Source: Candidatus Nanopusillus sp.
GTDB lineage: Archaea; Nanobdellota; Nanobdellia; Nanobdellales; Nanobdellaceae
NCBI GenBank assembly: GCA_028276785.1
Contig: JAPYVP010000025.1
Coordinates: 1-6,848, forward strand
Direction of reading: 5' to 3'
DNA: 6,848 nt
Shown: piece by piece, positions 5,681 to 6,848 of the stretch
Layout of the letters: each line of letters opens with the position of its first letter
Position numbering within the stretch: position 1 is the first letter of the stretch
Notes under the pieces: generated by a model
Told to the model about the DNA's origin: nothing
The model's database searches: none
What the model saw: the letters and a program-made list of their open reading frames with translations, nothing else
Program-made: the position numbers and the translations under genes

Positions 5681-5681
5681 T

Positions 5682-6095
5682 TTATTCTCCAATTATTGTT
5701 ACGAATACTTTTCTTTCTCTTGGTTCAAATAATTCTAAAAATATCACCCTTTGCCATGTTCCTAGTAAAAGTTTTCCATCTTTTATTGGTATACATAAAG
5801 ATTGTGATAATAAATTTGCTTTTATATGTGCAGTTGCATTAATATTTCCCTCATAATTATGATGGTATTTTATATTTAATGGTAATATTCTATTAAAAAA
5901 TTCTTCAATATCTTTAAATATTGTTTCGTCATTTTCTTGTATTATTATACATGCAGTATTATGTAATGAAAATAATGATAATATACCATTTTTTATTCCT
6001 GATTCTTTTAATATCTCATTAACCATATCAGTTATATCTATAAAATAATATGGACCTTTTGTTTTTATTTTAATTTCTTTTTGATAGATATTCAT
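5682..6095 (-). CDS. yjbQ: YjbQ/UPF0047 family protein (secondary thiamine-phosphate synthase-like)
   Basis: 137 aa matching the family pattern. Motifs: FIDITD.V...L.ESGIKNGIL.LFSLHNTACIIIQEN; D...F..ILP......H.....N..AHIKANLL.QSL.IPI.DGKL.LGTWQ...F.E...PRERKV.VTI.G. Confidence 0.92.
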   Translation of the reverse strand: MNIYQKEIKIKTKGPYYFIDITDMVNEILKESGIKNGILSLFSLHNTACIIIQENDETIFKDIEEFFNRILPLNIKYHHNYEGNINATAHIKANLLSQSLCIPIKDGKLLLGTWQRVIFLELFEPRERKVFVTIIGE

Positions 6096-6116
6096 ATAGT
6101 TTTTATTTTTTTAGTT

Positions 6117-6124
6117 TTTAAATA
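6117..6124 (-). promoter_or_regulatory. Candidate TATA box for yjbQ (minus-strand TATTTAAA)
   Basis: Centred 25.5 nt upstream of the yjbQ ATG (6095). Confidence 0.4.
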
Positions 6125-6184
6125 TTTTTTAATTTGTTTTATCATTTTTGTGTTAAAATAAAATTAGATTATGAAAAAACTAAA

Positions 6185-6192
6185 TTTATAAA
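6185..6192 (+). promoter_or_regulatory. Candidate TATA box (TTTATAAA) for the 6216 gene
   Basis: A near-consensus archaeal TATA octamer centred 27.5 nt upstream of ATG 6216, implying a leaderless transcript. Confidence 0.5.
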
Positions 6193-6215
6193 TTTCTATC
6201 AACGTAGAATATATA

Positions 6216-6848
6216 ATGATCAGAAGTAAAATAAGAAGTGTTGCTTTTTTAATTGTGTTAATAATAATCATTGCTGTAGTAGGTGTTGGAGCATTTGTGG
6301 CATATTATGTAAATCAAAATAATAGTACTACTATTACTCAAAACAAGTTAGATCTGTTTAAAAGTACGGTTAATGATATGATTTCTCTTGCAAAAAACTT
6401 TTATGGAGGATCATGGTTTGCTTTAGATAATGGAACATTCTATGCAATCCATAATGGTAGAGGCGGATATGATGTAGTGTATATAAATGGAACTACGGCA
6501 ACAATTAGTCAAAATTTGTTTTATAATAAGCAAGCATTCTTTCCATATACTCAAAGTAATACACCTCCAAGAACAGGAATATTAATTATTCTTTCAAACT
6601 CTACAGGAGATGATAAGGCACTAATTATGTTATTTGGATATTACTGGAATTCTGTTCCAAATCCAGCCCAAGAGGCATATGAACAGCTACTTAGAGAATC
6701 ATATTCTGGAGCATTAACGGGTATGAGAGGTAATAATGTTTGGATGTATTCGGCAGGTATTACTGGAGAAGCTACTTTATATATTGAAATAGGACAAAAT
6801 GTAATTGTAGCAGTTTCAACTGTATATGTTAACACTTCTTTAGACCAG
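6216..6848 (+). CDS. Membrane-anchored or secreted protein with an N-terminal hydrophobic anchor and multiple N-glycosylation sequons. 3'-partial and absent from the supplied ORF track.
   Basis: Hand translation from ATG 6216. An in-frame TAA sits at 6189-6191 just upstream. The translation is MIRSKIRSVAFLIVLIIIIAVVGVGAFVAYYVNQNNSTTITQNKLDLFKSTVNDMISLAKNFYGGSWFALDNGTFYAIHNGRGGYDVVYINGTTATISQNLFYNKQAFFPYTQSNTPPRTGILIILSNSTGDDKALIMLFGYYWNSVPNPAQEAYEQLLRESYSGALTGMRGNNVWMYSAGITGEATLYIEIGQNVIVAVSTVYVNTSLDQ. That is 211 codons with no stop to the window edge. A basic N-terminus is followed by a ~24-residue hydrophobic segment. NxS/T sequons occur at NNS/NST, NGT, NGT, NST and NTS. Confidence 0.75.
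   Translation, partial: MIRSKIRSVAFLIVLIIIIAVVGVGAFVAYYVNQNNSTTITQNKLDLFKSTVNDMISLAKNFYGGSWFALDNGTFYAIHNGRGGYDVVYINGTTATISQNLFYNKQAFFPYTQSNTPPRTGILIILSNSTGDDKALIMLFGYYWNSVPNPAQEAYEQLLRESYSGALTGMRGNNVWMYSAGITGEATLYIEIGQNVIVAVSTVYVNTSLDQ

Noticed and set aside
5141-6179. Shared 11-mer TTATGAAAAAA with a nearby ATTAGAT, at 5141-5157 and 6163-6179, as a possible repeat or regulatory motif
   Set aside because: It is a short, A-rich string in an extremely AT-rich background. The order of the two sub-motifs differs between the sites, and the second ATG opens only a 6-codon ORF. Chance is the most likely explanation.
6641-6835. 64-aa minus-strand ORF
   Set aside because: It is antisense to the much longer 211-codon open frame starting at 6216, which has a good TATA box and a signal-anchor N-terminus.
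1-6848. Looked for CRISPR repeats, IS/transposase or integrase genes, tRNA/rRNA-like GC-rich islands, and long direct or inverted repeats
   Set aside because: I saw no regularly spaced repeats of 25 nt or longer, no recombinase-like ORF, and no GC-rich structured segment other than the short C/D sRNA guide region. Apart from vapBC, the window looks like core chromosome rather than an accessory island.

Overview
This is a very AT-rich, tightly packed archaeal chromosomal segment with no rRNA, tRNA, CRISPR array or mobile element that I can see. The archaeal call rests on three things. There is an archaeal/eukaryal-type FEN1 with a C-terminal PIP box. There is a canonical archaeal C/D-box sRNA. 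TATA-like elements sit about 26 nt upstream of the ATGs, implying leaderless mRNAs. The K/E/I/Y-rich proteins and overlapping gene ends suggest an AT-rich thermophile or reduced-genome lineage (DPANN/Nanoarchaeota-like), but that is inference only.

Gene order:
- A 5'-truncated GT35 alpha-glucan phosphorylase homolog (1-1449, +).
- A C/D-box sRNA filling the 43-nt gap to the convergent fen gene (about 1441-1497, +).
- Flap endonuclease FEN1 (1493-2542, -).
- A vapBC toxin-antitoxin pair (2573-3218, -).
- A stand-alone ATP-cone protein (3315-3887, +).
- A 144-aa unknown protein (3949-4383, +).
- An AlaX-type tRNA editing protein (4380-5090, -).
- A 33-aa ATG ORF that overlaps, one frame off, an ATG-less 153-aa ORF (5143-5680, +).
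- A YjbQ/UPF0047 protein (5682-6095, -).
- A 3'-truncated membrane-anchored, sequon-rich protein missing from the ORF track (6216-6848, +).

Most notable observations:
- The unannotated C/D sRNA, whose C box doubles as tandem stop codons.
- The phosphorylase homolog, which has lost both the PLP Schiff-base lysine (K->R) and the GGK phosphate-site lysine (K->S).
- The AlaX protein, with Asp in place of the zinc-ligand Cys.
- The orphan ATP-cone protein and its unknown partner next to vapBC.
- The apparently frame-split gene, served by a TATA element exactly symmetric between two divergent ATGs.

None of this could be checked against databases here. All homology calls come from motif recognition by eye.
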